Source: Blastocladiella emersonii ATCC 22665 (Eukaryota; Fungi; Blastocladiomycota). Taken from it: 64,000 bases of DNA. The notes below the pieces were generated by a model that saw nothing but the letters and a program-made list of their open reading frames with translations, did no database searches and was not told the DNA's origin. The stretch is from positions 496,001 to 560,000 of the forward strand of contig JANHCV010000006.1 of NCBI GenBank assembly GCA_025594325.1, read 5' to 3'. A program made the position numbers and the translations under genes. Every line of letters begins with the position of its first letter. Position 1 is the first letter of the stretch. Of this stretch, positions 11,170-20,327 are shown piece after piece.

Positions 11170-11559
11170 TGTCTTGCTTAACGGAGCTCGGACCTAATTA
11201 ATTGCTCATACAACGGGTATCACAGTGCATTGCAGTGAGCGGCCAGCCAGGAAAAAACTCCGCCTTTTCCCCGCCCGTGCGTTCAAGCCACGCGGCTCAT
11301 CTGGGGACCCGCGCGCCGGTCATTCTACGTGCGCAAAGCGGCCCGCACTCGCCTCGAGCGACCCGCTTGAAGTCCGTCGTCCCTCGCCGTCGCCCTCACT
11401 CTCTCCCAGAACCGGTCGAACCTTGACGGGCTCTCATGTAACTCTTAGAAACGACGGTGGAAGTTGCTGCACGTGACCGCGGCCGCCCGATGCGGGTCAG
11501 GGCGGGAAGACCGCGTCAGTCCTCGCCGATCCCGCGCCCCGTCACCGTTTGCGGACCCG

Positions 11560-12160
11560 CTGCTTGGCTACAGGGAGTTCGTCAACCCAGGCGTGCGCGC
11601 AAATCTCAGCTGCCGCGTGCGACCGCACCACGAATTGTCCCGCGCGCTCACGATCCCGTTTGGTGCTCGCGCAGCTCACGATCCCGTTTGGCGCTCGCGC
11701 AGCTCACGATTCCGTTTGGCGCTTGCGCAGCTCACGATGGTGTAGCATTCGATGCCGCGCAGCGACAGGGGAGGGGGGAGGGTCTCCCTCCCCCCGGCTC
11801 TCAAAGAAACACCTGTTTGCCTTCCTGTGAGAAGTGCGGCGAGTCGACTATGAGGTTGCAGACACGGCACGTCGCGGTAGTTCATTCGCGAGCACCTCCC
11901 CACGTTTAAGTTGTCGGACGCTGCCACGGGCGACGCGAATGAGTGAGAGACACGTTCGCCGATGGACGAAGAAGCAACACCTGATTATTGCTGATTTCGT
12001 GCGGTACTGTTGAAGAAACCTGCTCAAGACGACGGTGTGCAACGTGAAGATGTGTTCTGCAAGGCCGAATCCGCCGTCTGACAGCGCGCGCGGTGAGTAA
12101 CACACGGTGTATGATTCCTGCCTCGCGAAGAGTTTTTACAGGCGGCCTGTGACCGGCCAC
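11560..12160 (-). mobile_element. Probable decayed non-LTR (LINE-type) reverse transcriptase fragment
   Basis: Minus-strand pieces in different frames: HRPPVKTL..IIHRVLLT (~YRPISLL..KIxxRVL), GGFGLAEHIFTLHTVV..QQYRTKSAIIRCCFFV (~GFRxGxSxxDHIFTLxxxxEKY..CFxD), RAGGRETLPPPL (~RGVRQGxPLSP), possibly HAWVDEL (~YADD region). Confidence 0.45.
11646..11738. repeat. 28-bp tandem repeat (GCTCACGATCCCGTTTGGCGCTCGCGCA), 3.3 copies
   Basis: Units start at 11646, 11674, 11702 and 11730 (partial). Confidence 0.95.
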
Positions 12161-12171
12161 GGAGTTGCTAG

Positions 12172-12285
12172 TCAATTCGACAAGGCGATGTATAATCAAC
12201 GCAACGAGGCGACGCTGGTCACCAACTCAACACAGCGACGCGGATGATCAACCCAACAAGGCAACGCTGGCTGCCAACAGCAACA
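12172..12285. repeat. Same 26-bp minisatellite, right block (~4 units)
   Basis: ggcgacgctggtcaccaactcaacac, ggcaacgctggctgccaacagcaac and neighbours match the left-block consensus. Confidence 0.85.
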
Positions 12286-12631
12286 CTTCATCGACCTCGC
12301 CATTACGCGCAACCTGAGCTTCAGCGTGCTCATTGGCGCTAAGCGCAGGGTCAGCACTACTTAGTAAGCGTTCGCTTGCATGTCGGGAGGTGGGCGCGTT
12401 GTACGATTTAGTCTGGGAGTGCGAGAGCGTGCACGGCGCGAGGCTGGGCAAGGGTGAAAGGGCAAAGCCCTGCGCCGGTGGCAGCCGAAGGCTGTGTGAC
12501 GGCAAATTGTGAGGTCGGCAGCTGCAGGCGACACGTGCTTAAGCGATCGGCGCGCGTCGGCTTCTCTCGCCGACGACGCCACTCGGCCACTCGCCCTCTC
12601 TCTCTCCCCCACCAAACCGCGCAGACAAACC

Positions 12632-13903
12632 ATGGAGCATCCAACCGACACCAAGTACACGAGCTTCCCTGCACCGCCGCAGACGCCGGTGCCCGCCTCC
12701 GCCTCGGCCGCCGCGGCTCCGGCCGCCCTCCCGCTGCCCGTCCCCGCCCCACCCGCGCCGCCGCGGCGCACCGACCACGTCGCCGACTTTGCAGATGACG
12801 ACGATCCGTACGACGACGACGACCTGCTCGCCGGCCCGTGGTCTCTCGCCACCTCCCGCCCGACACGCCGCCCCTTCTTCTCGCTGCAACCTCGCCCGGT
12901 CCCGACGCTCATCTTCTTCGTCGCCGCGATCCTGTACACGTACCTGGCCGGCGGCCGCGCGCACCTGCCCGACTCCGGCAGCATCCCGCGCCCGGCGCTC
13001 GTCTCGCCCGTGTTCCAAGCGCTCCTCAGCGCGGCCGCGCCCGCCGTGATCGGCGGCCTCAAGCAGGTATGGATCCCGAACCCGAAAGACGACCTGGTCG
13101 CGGGCCCCGCGGGCTGGGCCGGGCACGCGAAACGGTACGGCCTCGTCAGCGCCGCCCTGTACGGCGCCGGGCTCGCGGACCTCGTCGCGCTGCGCGCCGC
13201 CGGGCCGATCCCGGTCGTTGCGGTCTCGGCCGTCCTCCCCGTCCTCGTATTGGGGTTGGTTCGGCGTGTTTCGTCGCGCGCCGTCGCAGGCGCCGCGGGT
13301 GGGCTGACCCCGCGGCTCGCGGCGGGGCTCGCGGCGAGTATGGCGGGCATGGTCCTCCTGGCGCTCGCGCTCGACGAGGAGACGACGCGCGATACGGCGG
13401 CCGTCTCGTTCGGCACGCTGCTCGCGGCGCTCGCCGGCGTCGCGTGCCGCGCGTTCGTGCTCGTCTGGGCCGAAAAGTATTTCGTCGAGAACGAGTCGGA
13501 CCCGTGGGTCCTGGTCCACCACCTCGTCCCCGTCTCGCTCGCGTGCGGCGTCGGGGTCTGGCTCGTCTTCGACCGCACCCTGCCGTGGGGGATGACGGGC
13601 TGGTTCATGCCCGCACTGCGCACCGCGACACTGTCCGGGACGGGCGTGCTCGCGTCCGCGTTCCTCGTCCACCACGTGTCGTCGTTCGCGCTCGCCGTCC
13701 TCGAGCAGATCGTCCACGCCGTCCTCCTCGTCATGTACTGGCAGCTCGAGAACGTCAGTATCATGTGGTACGGCATCGTCGGCGTCGCCGCGTTTGCGGG
13801 CGGGCTCAAGTTCGTCGCGCCCGCCTCCGCCGGGTCGTCGCGGCCGGGGAGCCGGACGGCGTACGCGCAGGCGCCCGCGGCCGAGAGTACCGAGTCGCTG
13901 TGA
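12632..13903 (+). CDS. Drug/metabolite transporter superfamily membrane protein (SLC35/TPT-like)
   Basis: Pro-rich N-terminus followed by ~9-10 hydrophobic helices; GTLLAALAGVACRAFVLVWAEKYF and SSFALAVLEQIVHAVLLV resemble TPT/SLC35 motifs. Confidence 0.65.
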   Translation: MEHPTDTKYTSFPAPPQTPVPASASAAAAPAALPLPVPAPPAPPRRTDHVADFADDDDPYDDDDLLAGPWSLATSRPTRRPFFSLQPRPVPTLIFFVAAILYTYLAGGRAHLPDSGSIPRPALVSPVFQALLSAAAPAVIGGLKQVWIPNPKDDLVAGPAGWAGHAKRYGLVSAALYGAGLADLVALRAAGPIPVVAVSAVLPVLVLGLVRRVSSRAVAGAAGGLTPRLAAGLAASMAGMVLLALALDEETTRDTAAVSFGTLLAALAGVACRAFVLVWAEKYFVENESDPWVLVHHLVPVSLACGVGVWLVFDRTLPWGMTGWFMPALRTATLSGTGVLASAFLVHHVSSFALAVLEQIVHAVLLVMYWQLENVSIMWYGIVGVAAFAGGLKFVAPASAGSSRPGSRTAYAQAPAAESTESL

Positions 13904-13940
13904 TATATACCCCAAATGTGACTTTATTGTATAACTACTA

Positions 13941-16900
13941 CTAGAACTCGTCATCATCCTCGGGCGACCCCGCGCGCGCCGCCGCCCCACTCGCCGCTGG
14001 ACCGCCGCCGCCGCCGCCCCCTTCGTTATCGCTCTCGAACGAGAAGAACGCCGACATATCCGTGGGCGAGCTCGCGACGGCGCCCGCGCCCGCTGATGAC
14101 GAGGACGAAGGGAGCATCCGCGGCGACTGCGCCCCGGCGGCGGCGGACCCGAGACTCGCGAGCTGCGACCAGTTCGGGTTGCCGCCGTTGTTCGCCAGCA
14201 TCGCCAGCGCGGCCGGCGACTGCAGGAACGCCATGAGCGTCTCGCTCGACGGGAGCGAGGCGGCGGCGGCCGCGCCGACCGAGGATGAAGTGGAAGAGGA
14301 GGAGGAGGAGGAGCCCGTGTCGTTGGCGTTGGGCGAGCTGCCGAACATGGCCGCAAGCACGTCCGACGGCGTCAGGAGCGGCTGTTGCTGCGTTGGTTGA
14401 GGCGGGTCGGGCATCCCCGCAACGGCGGCGAGCGGGTCCATGTTGAGCAGCGCGTCGAGGTCGAGCTCGTCAAACTCGTACTGCTGCTGCTGGTGCTGTT
14501 TCGAGGGCGCCGCCGTGATCGCCGCGACCGCCGACGACGCGACGCCGTCGATCGAGTGGCCCAGCGACTCGAGCTCGCCCTGGATCCGCGACGCCGCCGA
14601 GTTGAGCCGCGTCAGCTTCTCGGTCGAGTCGCGCAGCGAGTCGAGGTCCATGCTGCCGCTTCCGCCCAGGGACGCCGCCACCGCCGCCGTGGTATCAGCG
14701 GCACCGCCGAACCCGTCCAGGAACGACGGCAGGCCCGCGGGCGGACTCGCGGGCGCCGGCGGCAGGACGTCATCCGCGACACTCGCGGTGCCCGCCTTCG
14801 CCTTGCCCTTACCCTTAGCCGCCGCCGGCGGCGCGCGCCCCGCCGTCTGCCCGCGCGCGCGCTTCGCGGCCTTAGGCGGCGGCGGCGCCGCAAGGACGGG
14901 CGCCCCGACCGGCTGCTGCGGCGAGACGGGCGGGCTGGGGGTCGGCGTGGCGCCGAGCTCGGAGATACTCGCGAACGGCGCGGGCATGTGCGGCGACGTC
15001 GGCGAGTCGGGGAGCGGAACAATGTTGGCGATGCCCATGCCCGCGGCCGCGGCGTGCGGGTGGTGCAGGCGGTGGTGGTGCGGGTCGGCGTCGTCGGCGT
15101 CCGAGTCGTGTTCCGCGCCGGTGCCGTTGGCGGCGGCGGCGGGGGACGAGGTGGTGGTGGTGGTGCCGGACCCCGAGCCCGAGCTGCTGCTGCTCGGCAG
15201 GTACTCGAGCAGCTTGCGCTTCCGCGCGCGCGAGGGTTCGGGCGAGTGCGTCGCGAAGCCCGCGGCGGCGGCAGCGGCAGCAGCGGCGGCGGCCGCGTTC
15301 TTGCCGAGCTTGTCCTTGCCGCCGCCCGCCCCGGGTCCCGCGCCGGGCCCGGCGCCGCCGTTGTACATGGTGGCGAGGAACCGGAGGATCTTGTCGATGG
15401 TCAGCTGCTGGCGCTGCATCAGGTCCTTGGTCGCGATCAGGTCGCGCCACAGCAGCTGGATGTGCGCCTGCAGCTCCTTTTGCTCGCTCGACAGGACCAT
15501 CTGGTGCTTGCGCACGGCCGTCACCTCGCCGAGGACCGCGGCCACGTCGGCCGACGACGACGAGCCCGCGCCACCGCCGCCGGTGCCGCCCTCGCCAGGG
15601 GTGTCGGCGGAGTTGGTCGCGGCCGAGGCCTTCTTGCGGTGGATGAAGCACAGCAGGTCGCGGCGGTCGCGCAGAAAGTGGTCATTCGAAAACTCCCACC
15701 GGTGGTCGTCGGCGCCGGCGCCCGCGAGCGTGCCCTGCGTGATGTGCGTGACCTTGTAGAAGGCGTACATGTTGAGCTGGCGCACGAACGACGAGAAGTT
15801 GGAGTGCTTGAAGTAGCGCGGCAGCACGGCTTTCGCCAGCTCGTCCTGGTTCTCGACCACAAACGAGTTGCCCGCCGCCGACCAGTGGATCAGGTCATCC
15901 GTGCTCGCGTCGCTCACCATGTCGTACAGCTTGATCAGGAACTGCGACACGTGCTTCGACAGCGTCAGGTTCGACGTCGACGCCGCGGCGGCGGTCGTCG
16001 GGTCGTTGGCGATGGTGACGGGCAGCGCGCGCGTCGCGGCGGAGGCGGACGCGGCGCCCGGGAGCGCGGCGGGCGTCGCGGACGAGGACGAGGCGGCGGC
16101 GAGCGCGACGACGGCGGTCGAGCTCGAGGCGGTGGGCGCAGAGCCTGCGCCGGCGGCAGGGACCAGGTCCTTGGACCCGGACGCGACGAGCGCCGACGAG
16201 GTCGACGCAGCAGCGGCAGCAGCCGCAGCCGCAGCGGCCTTGCTCTTACCCCGCCCGCCCGACTTGGTGGTCGTGGTGGCCGTGGTCGTCGTCGTCGTCG
16301 TGGTCGTCGCAGGCGCAGGCGCGGGTGCCGGCACAATCACCGGCGCCGGCGCGACCGCTGCAGGGACGGGCGGCATCGCGAGCGCGGCCGTCGCGAGCGC
16401 CGCGGCGATCGCCGGGTCCACCACGGGCGCGACCGCCGTGAGGTCGCGCGCCGCACCACCCCCAGCGACAGGTGCCGCGGTGGCGGCGACAGGCATCATG
16501 GCGCCGTGCGTGCCCGCGCCCGTGAGCGCGTACGAGTCGAGCGGCGGCGCGCCGTACATGCCGAGCCCGAGCATCCCGAGCGACGCGTACGGGTTGAGCC
16601 CGCCGGCGCCGCCGACACCGTTTGCGAAGTTGGGCGTGGCTCCCGCGGCAGCGGAGGCGGGGTACCCCGCGGCCATGGCAGCGGCGAGACCCGGGTACTG
16701 CATCGCCGCCGGGTAGCCCATGGCGGCGGCGGCAGCGGCGGCGGCGGCCGGGTGCATGGCGTACGGCGACGCGAGGTGGTGGTGGGTTGTTGAGGCTGGG
16801 GGTGCGGGCAGCGAGGAGGAGCCCGCGGCGCCGTTCATGTTCAGGAGACCCGGGAACGGGTGACCGTTGGCCAGCGTGTACGGCAGCGACGCCGACGCCC

Positions 16901-17051
16901 CCGACGCCGTGCGCAGGAGCGGTGGCGGGTGCTGCAGCGGCGGGCGGACCGGGGCGGCGGCGGTGCCGTTACTCGTGGTGGTAGTGGTGCCCGACGAGGC
17001 GGTCGCCGGCGCCGGCGGCGGCGGATGCTGCGCCGTGGTCGGATTGGACAT
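13941..17051 (-). CDS. HSF1: Heat shock transcription factor
   Basis: HSF DNA-binding domain FLIKLYDMV..LIHWS..GNSFVV..LAKAVLPRYFKHSNFSSFVRQLNMY..WEFSNDHF; HR-A/B coiled coil EVTAVRKHQ..QQLTIDKILRFLATMY; single 1036-aa ORF. Confidence 0.93.
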   Translation of the reverse strand: MSNPTTAQHPPPPAPATASSGTTTTTSNGTAAAPVRPPLQHPPPLLRTASGASASLPYTLANGHPFPGLLNMNGAAGSSSLPAPPASTTHHHLASPYAMHPAAAAAAAAAMGYPAAMQYPGLAAAMAAGYPASAAAGATPNFANGVGGAGGLNPYASLGMLGLGMYGAPPLDSYALTGAGTHGAMMPVAATAAPVAGGGAARDLTAVAPVVDPAIAAALATAALAMPPVPAAVAPAPVIVPAPAPAPATTTTTTTTTATTTTKSGGRGKSKAAAAAAAAAAASTSSALVASGSKDLVPAAGAGSAPTASSSTAVVALAAASSSSATPAALPGAASASAATRALPVTIANDPTTAAAASTSNLTLSKHVSQFLIKLYDMVSDASTDDLIHWSAAGNSFVVENQDELAKAVLPRYFKHSNFSSFVRQLNMYAFYKVTHITQGTLAGAGADDHRWEFSNDHFLRDRRDLLCFIHRKKASAATNSADTPGEGGTGGGGAGSSSSADVAAVLGEVTAVRKHQMVLSSEQKELQAHIQLLWRDLIATKDLMQRQQLTIDKILRFLATMYNGGAGPGAGPGAGGGKDKLGKNAAAAAAAAAAAAGFATHSPEPSRARKRKLLEYLPSSSSSGSGSGTTTTTSSPAAAANGTGAEHDSDADDADPHHHRLHHPHAAAAGMGIANIVPLPDSPTSPHMPAPFASISELGATPTPSPPVSPQQPVGAPVLAAPPPPKAAKRARGQTAGRAPPAAAKGKGKAKAGTASVADDVLPPAPASPPAGLPSFLDGFGGAADTTAAVAASLGGSGSMDLDSLRDSTEKLTRLNSAASRIQGELESLGHSIDGVASSAVAAITAAPSKQHQQQQYEFDELDLDALLNMDPLAAVAGMPDPPQPTQQQPLLTPSDVLAAMFGSSPNANDTGSSSSSSSTSSSVGAAAAASLPSSETLMAFLQSPAALAMLANNGGNPNWSQLASLGSAAAGAQSPRMLPSSSSSAGAGAVASSPTDMSAFFSFESDNEGGGGGGGPAASGAAARAGSPEDDDEF

Positions 17052-17611
17052 GGCGGCGGCGCAGAGTGCAGCGAGTTAGGGTCGGTGGTTGATGCGTCGT
17101 CGTCGTTGGTTGAGGGGGAGGGGGAGAGGAGGGAGGGCGGATGGACCCGAAACGGTGAATCGATGACGGAGCGAAAACGCGGACGGACGGCCGTCGTCGT
17201 CGCGGGCTTCCCGTCGGTCGGTGGCCACGGTGGCAGAACGAGGAAACGTGTGTATGAGACGAGGAAAAATTTCTAGTAGGAAGCAGAGCGATGCCCGCGC
17301 ACAGCCACGGTGGCCGGGCCGGCATACTTGTAGTTGCCGCGGCGGAGGCGCGGTCCGCGGCTCGGCTCGGCGATCGCACCGCCACAAGTAGTGGCTCGAT
17401 GGCCGACCCGCGATCCACATGGACGGGACACGCGCCGCCGCCGTGGGAACGCTGCCGAACGCGACCGAAGCCCGTGTCCGCGACCGTCACAGCTTGTTGC
17501 GCGCGCCTCCCGCGAGCCCCGCGAGCCCGAGGTCGAGCCCCAGCTCCGCTTCCAGCTCGCGCAGCGCCTGTTCGGCCGACCGCACCCCTACATGAGTCCA
17601 GCGCGCGAGGG

Positions 17612-18534
17612 TCAGGTCGACGCGTGAAGCGGTCGTGGCAGGGCGTGAAGCGCCTTACAGATGGTCTGCATCCCGACGCGCTGCGCCGCGCGGATGTTGA
17701 CCGCGAGGTCGTCGAGGAACACACACTCGTGCGCGGCCGCGGCGAACCCGGGCGCCTCGAGCAGCGCGCGGTAGATGGCCGGGTCGGGTTTCCGCAGGCC
17801 CACCACGCTCGACCGCACCACCACGTCGAACTGCGCCATGAGGTGCGCGATGCGCGCCTGCACCGCCGCGGGGGCGCGCGCTGCGAGGTCCGCCGGGACC
17901 GGGAAGTCGTTGGTGATGCAGCACAGCACGTACTGCCCCGAGGCTACGACGCACGGCGGACGTGAGTTCTCCGCTCGTCTCAGCGATGCGGCGATGGATG
18001 GGAAGGGTACCGCGGATCCGCTCAATTGCGGCCACCATGGGCTCGACCGGGACGCTCGACTCGAGCATCATGGACTCGAACAGCGCACGCCCGTCGATCA
18101 TCGCGGCCGCCGCGGCGACGCGCTCCCAGTCCACTTCTTTCGCGGTGGCGTCGGCGGCGCGCTGCTGCCGCGCGTACCACTTGCAGTACACCTGCACATG
18201 CCGCGGCTCGCGCAACCACGCCGTGAACTCGCTCACGAACGCCTCGTACGCGAGCTCGCCGCGCTCGAACCGCTGGAACGGGCCCTGCTCGCCAGCGAAC
18301 CCGCTGTCCCCCTCACGGTGCAAGCGTCAGCTGCTGTGCTTCTCTCACTGAGCGCGCTGCGGAGCCAGCGTACATGCACACGCCAATGTAGTTGGCCGGC
18401 AGCCCGACCCACCGCTCGTACCGCCGGATCGCGTGCACGGGCGACCCGACGCACACGCCGCCCAGGTCGAACACGACCGCGCGGATCTTGCGCCCGGGAT
18501 CGGCGGTAGCTCTCTCGCTCGAAGGAGAGTTCAT
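17612..18534 (-). CDS. HAD-family hydrolase (epoxide hydrolase N-terminal/ACAD10-like phosphatase), spliced
   Basis: Motif I AVVFDLGGV, CITND (motif II), RKPDPAIY (III) and CVFLDDLAVNIRAA (IV), spread over three frames joined by at least two introns. Confidence 0.85.
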
Positions 18535-19411
18535 TCGCTGCGAGTTTCTCTGGTGGGGAGCGCGAGGCGCCCACGCGACGCACACAAGTCCAGAAGCAGA
18601 ACCCCTGCCAGAAGTGAACGCGGCGGCCTGCCATGACGCAAACTAAGCGAAGGAGGTCGACCCACAACCCGCGCTCCAGCCCCGCAAGAAAACTCGTCGC
18701 GGCCCCACCACCCTGTCTTGTTCACCATCCTCTCAAGGCCAATTTGGCTAAGATCATGTGTAGTATCTGTTCTTTTTAGCGTGATAGCTAAAACCCTCGG
18801 CACAGCCGGGGGATTTCTTATCACTTTGATTTTTGTGGCCTCGACCTGATGACGCAATGTCTGACGGTCAAAATGTCCCTCGCACCACAGTACCGCGTTG
18901 TGACGTTTGGCTTTCGAGCCTTGTTTTGCTACTTTGGCCCTACTTCGCGCTGATCTAAAAGCGAAGCCCAAGACTTGTGTCAGGCAGAGACCCGCGTGCT
19001 GTGAGTTGAAGAGATCTTAAACCAGACCCGAAGCACCGGGTGTTCGAAAAGGGCGGACACGACCAACATACGATACAGTCGTTCTCACTGGGAACTGAAC
19101 ACGAGGTCGTTTGCGAGCTCTGAAACACACTCTTTCGCGGCTTCTTTTCGCGTTCCATTCCACGTTCTCGCTGCGCCAGCTTGCCGCCGCAGGCGTCCCG
19201 CCAGCGTCTCGTGCACCCCGCTCGCCCCGCAACGCATCAAGTGAGGTCACGCGATGGCGCTGCGCCACTCACCTACGCCGCCCGCCGTCGCCGCGGCCGC
19301 CGTCGCGGCCAGCGAGAGGGGAAGCACTGAGGAGGAATTGTTGATGCAACGACGTCTTGATGAACAATACACATGAGCTTGCTACGAAACACCTTTGTAA
19401 ATCGTGACTAG

Positions 19412-19869
19412 GCGGTCCTCGCTGCCGCCGCGGCTGCCGACCGACCTGGCCGTTGGCCGCAACCGCGGCAGCCGCAAGTCGTCCAAGGGCTCGGCGCAGC
19501 CGCAGCCGACGCCGGCGCAGGTCGCGAGCGGGCGCGTCCTCGCCGCCGTCAACCACATGTCGTACGCGTCGCAGCCGCGTCCCATGATGACTACGGGTCG
19601 CCACGACTTCTCCGACGCCGCCCTGCCTCGTCTTGGCGAGCGCGGCCGTGATCGTCCCCATCATCAGCGGCCCGTGCACCATGGCGGCTACTCGCAGGAC
19701 CGCGGCGGCTCGTCGGCGTCGTCCTCGTCGTCGCGCTACCACGACCGCCCGCTGTCGCCGCCCTTCCTCGGCCCGCCTCCCCGCTACCAGCGCTCCTCCC
19801 AGCGCGGCAACGAGTACGGGTACGGGTACGACGACGACGAGAGGACCGCGACCGCTACGACTACGACAT
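19412..19869 (+). other. Host-like coding fragment captured inside the Tc1/IS630 element
   Basis: GC-rich ORF with host-type codon usage encoding a Ser/Arg/Pro/Tyr-rich peptide (RSSLPPRLPTDLAVGRNRGSRKSSKG...RYHDRPLSPPFLGPPPRYQ), preceded by a possible intron 3' end (gtgactag, AG at 19410-11). Confidence 0.6.
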
Positions 19870-20327
19870 GTAGTCCTTCATCATCATGTGCTCGGCGTTG
19901 AAGTTGGCGCCGCGCATCTTGAGGGCCTTGAACGAGAAGTTGGCGCGTTTGAGGGCGCGCCACACGGTCTGCTGCGACACGTCCTTGCGGCGCTCAAAGT
20001 TGAGGAGGGCGACGAGCTCGCGCAGCGTGGTCGTGGATCGGATGTGCAGAAAGTCGATAATATACTAGAGCATCCGCTGCGCGAGGCGCGGATCATGGGT
20101 ATGCGGTCTCAGGATCGGCGTATGCACACATCGTCGGGACCAAGCTTGGACTGTCGCGCGTGGCGGCGCGGCCCGAAGGTGTCCTCGCCCAGCACGTCAA
20201 CGAGTCGGCTCCACTCAGAAACGCTGCCCTGCGAGACCTCGAGGCGGTCCGAGACACGGCGGACCGGAAGTCCTTTCACTCTGTGCATGCGAACAGCGGC
20301 GCGCTTGAGGTCTTTGCTGCATGTCAT
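19870..20327 (-). pseudogene. N-terminal half of an IS630/Tc1 transposase (HTH + winged HTH), DDE domain missing
   Basis: MTCSKDLKRAAVRMH..LPVRRVSDRLEVSQGSVSEW, then after a probable ~53-65-bp intron YIIDFL..TTTLRELVALL..VSQQTVWRALKRANFSFK. It ends before the first catalytic Asp. Confidence 0.8.

Noticed and set aside
11221-11259. RSS-like CACAGTG-N23-GAAAAAACT, suggesting a Transib/RAG-type end
   Set aside because: The only opposite-strand candidate (12131-12151) has a 5-bp spacer and a poor heptamer; there is no TSD and no Transib transposase.
10761-12285. CRISPR-like array
   Set aside because: Contiguous degenerate tandem units without unique spacers, no cas genes, eukaryotic context.
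18600-19070. ORF 18531-18971 and flanking low-GC DNA as the outer end of a larger transposon
   Set aside because: No matching inverted or direct repeat found at the other side of the island, and no recognisable domain.
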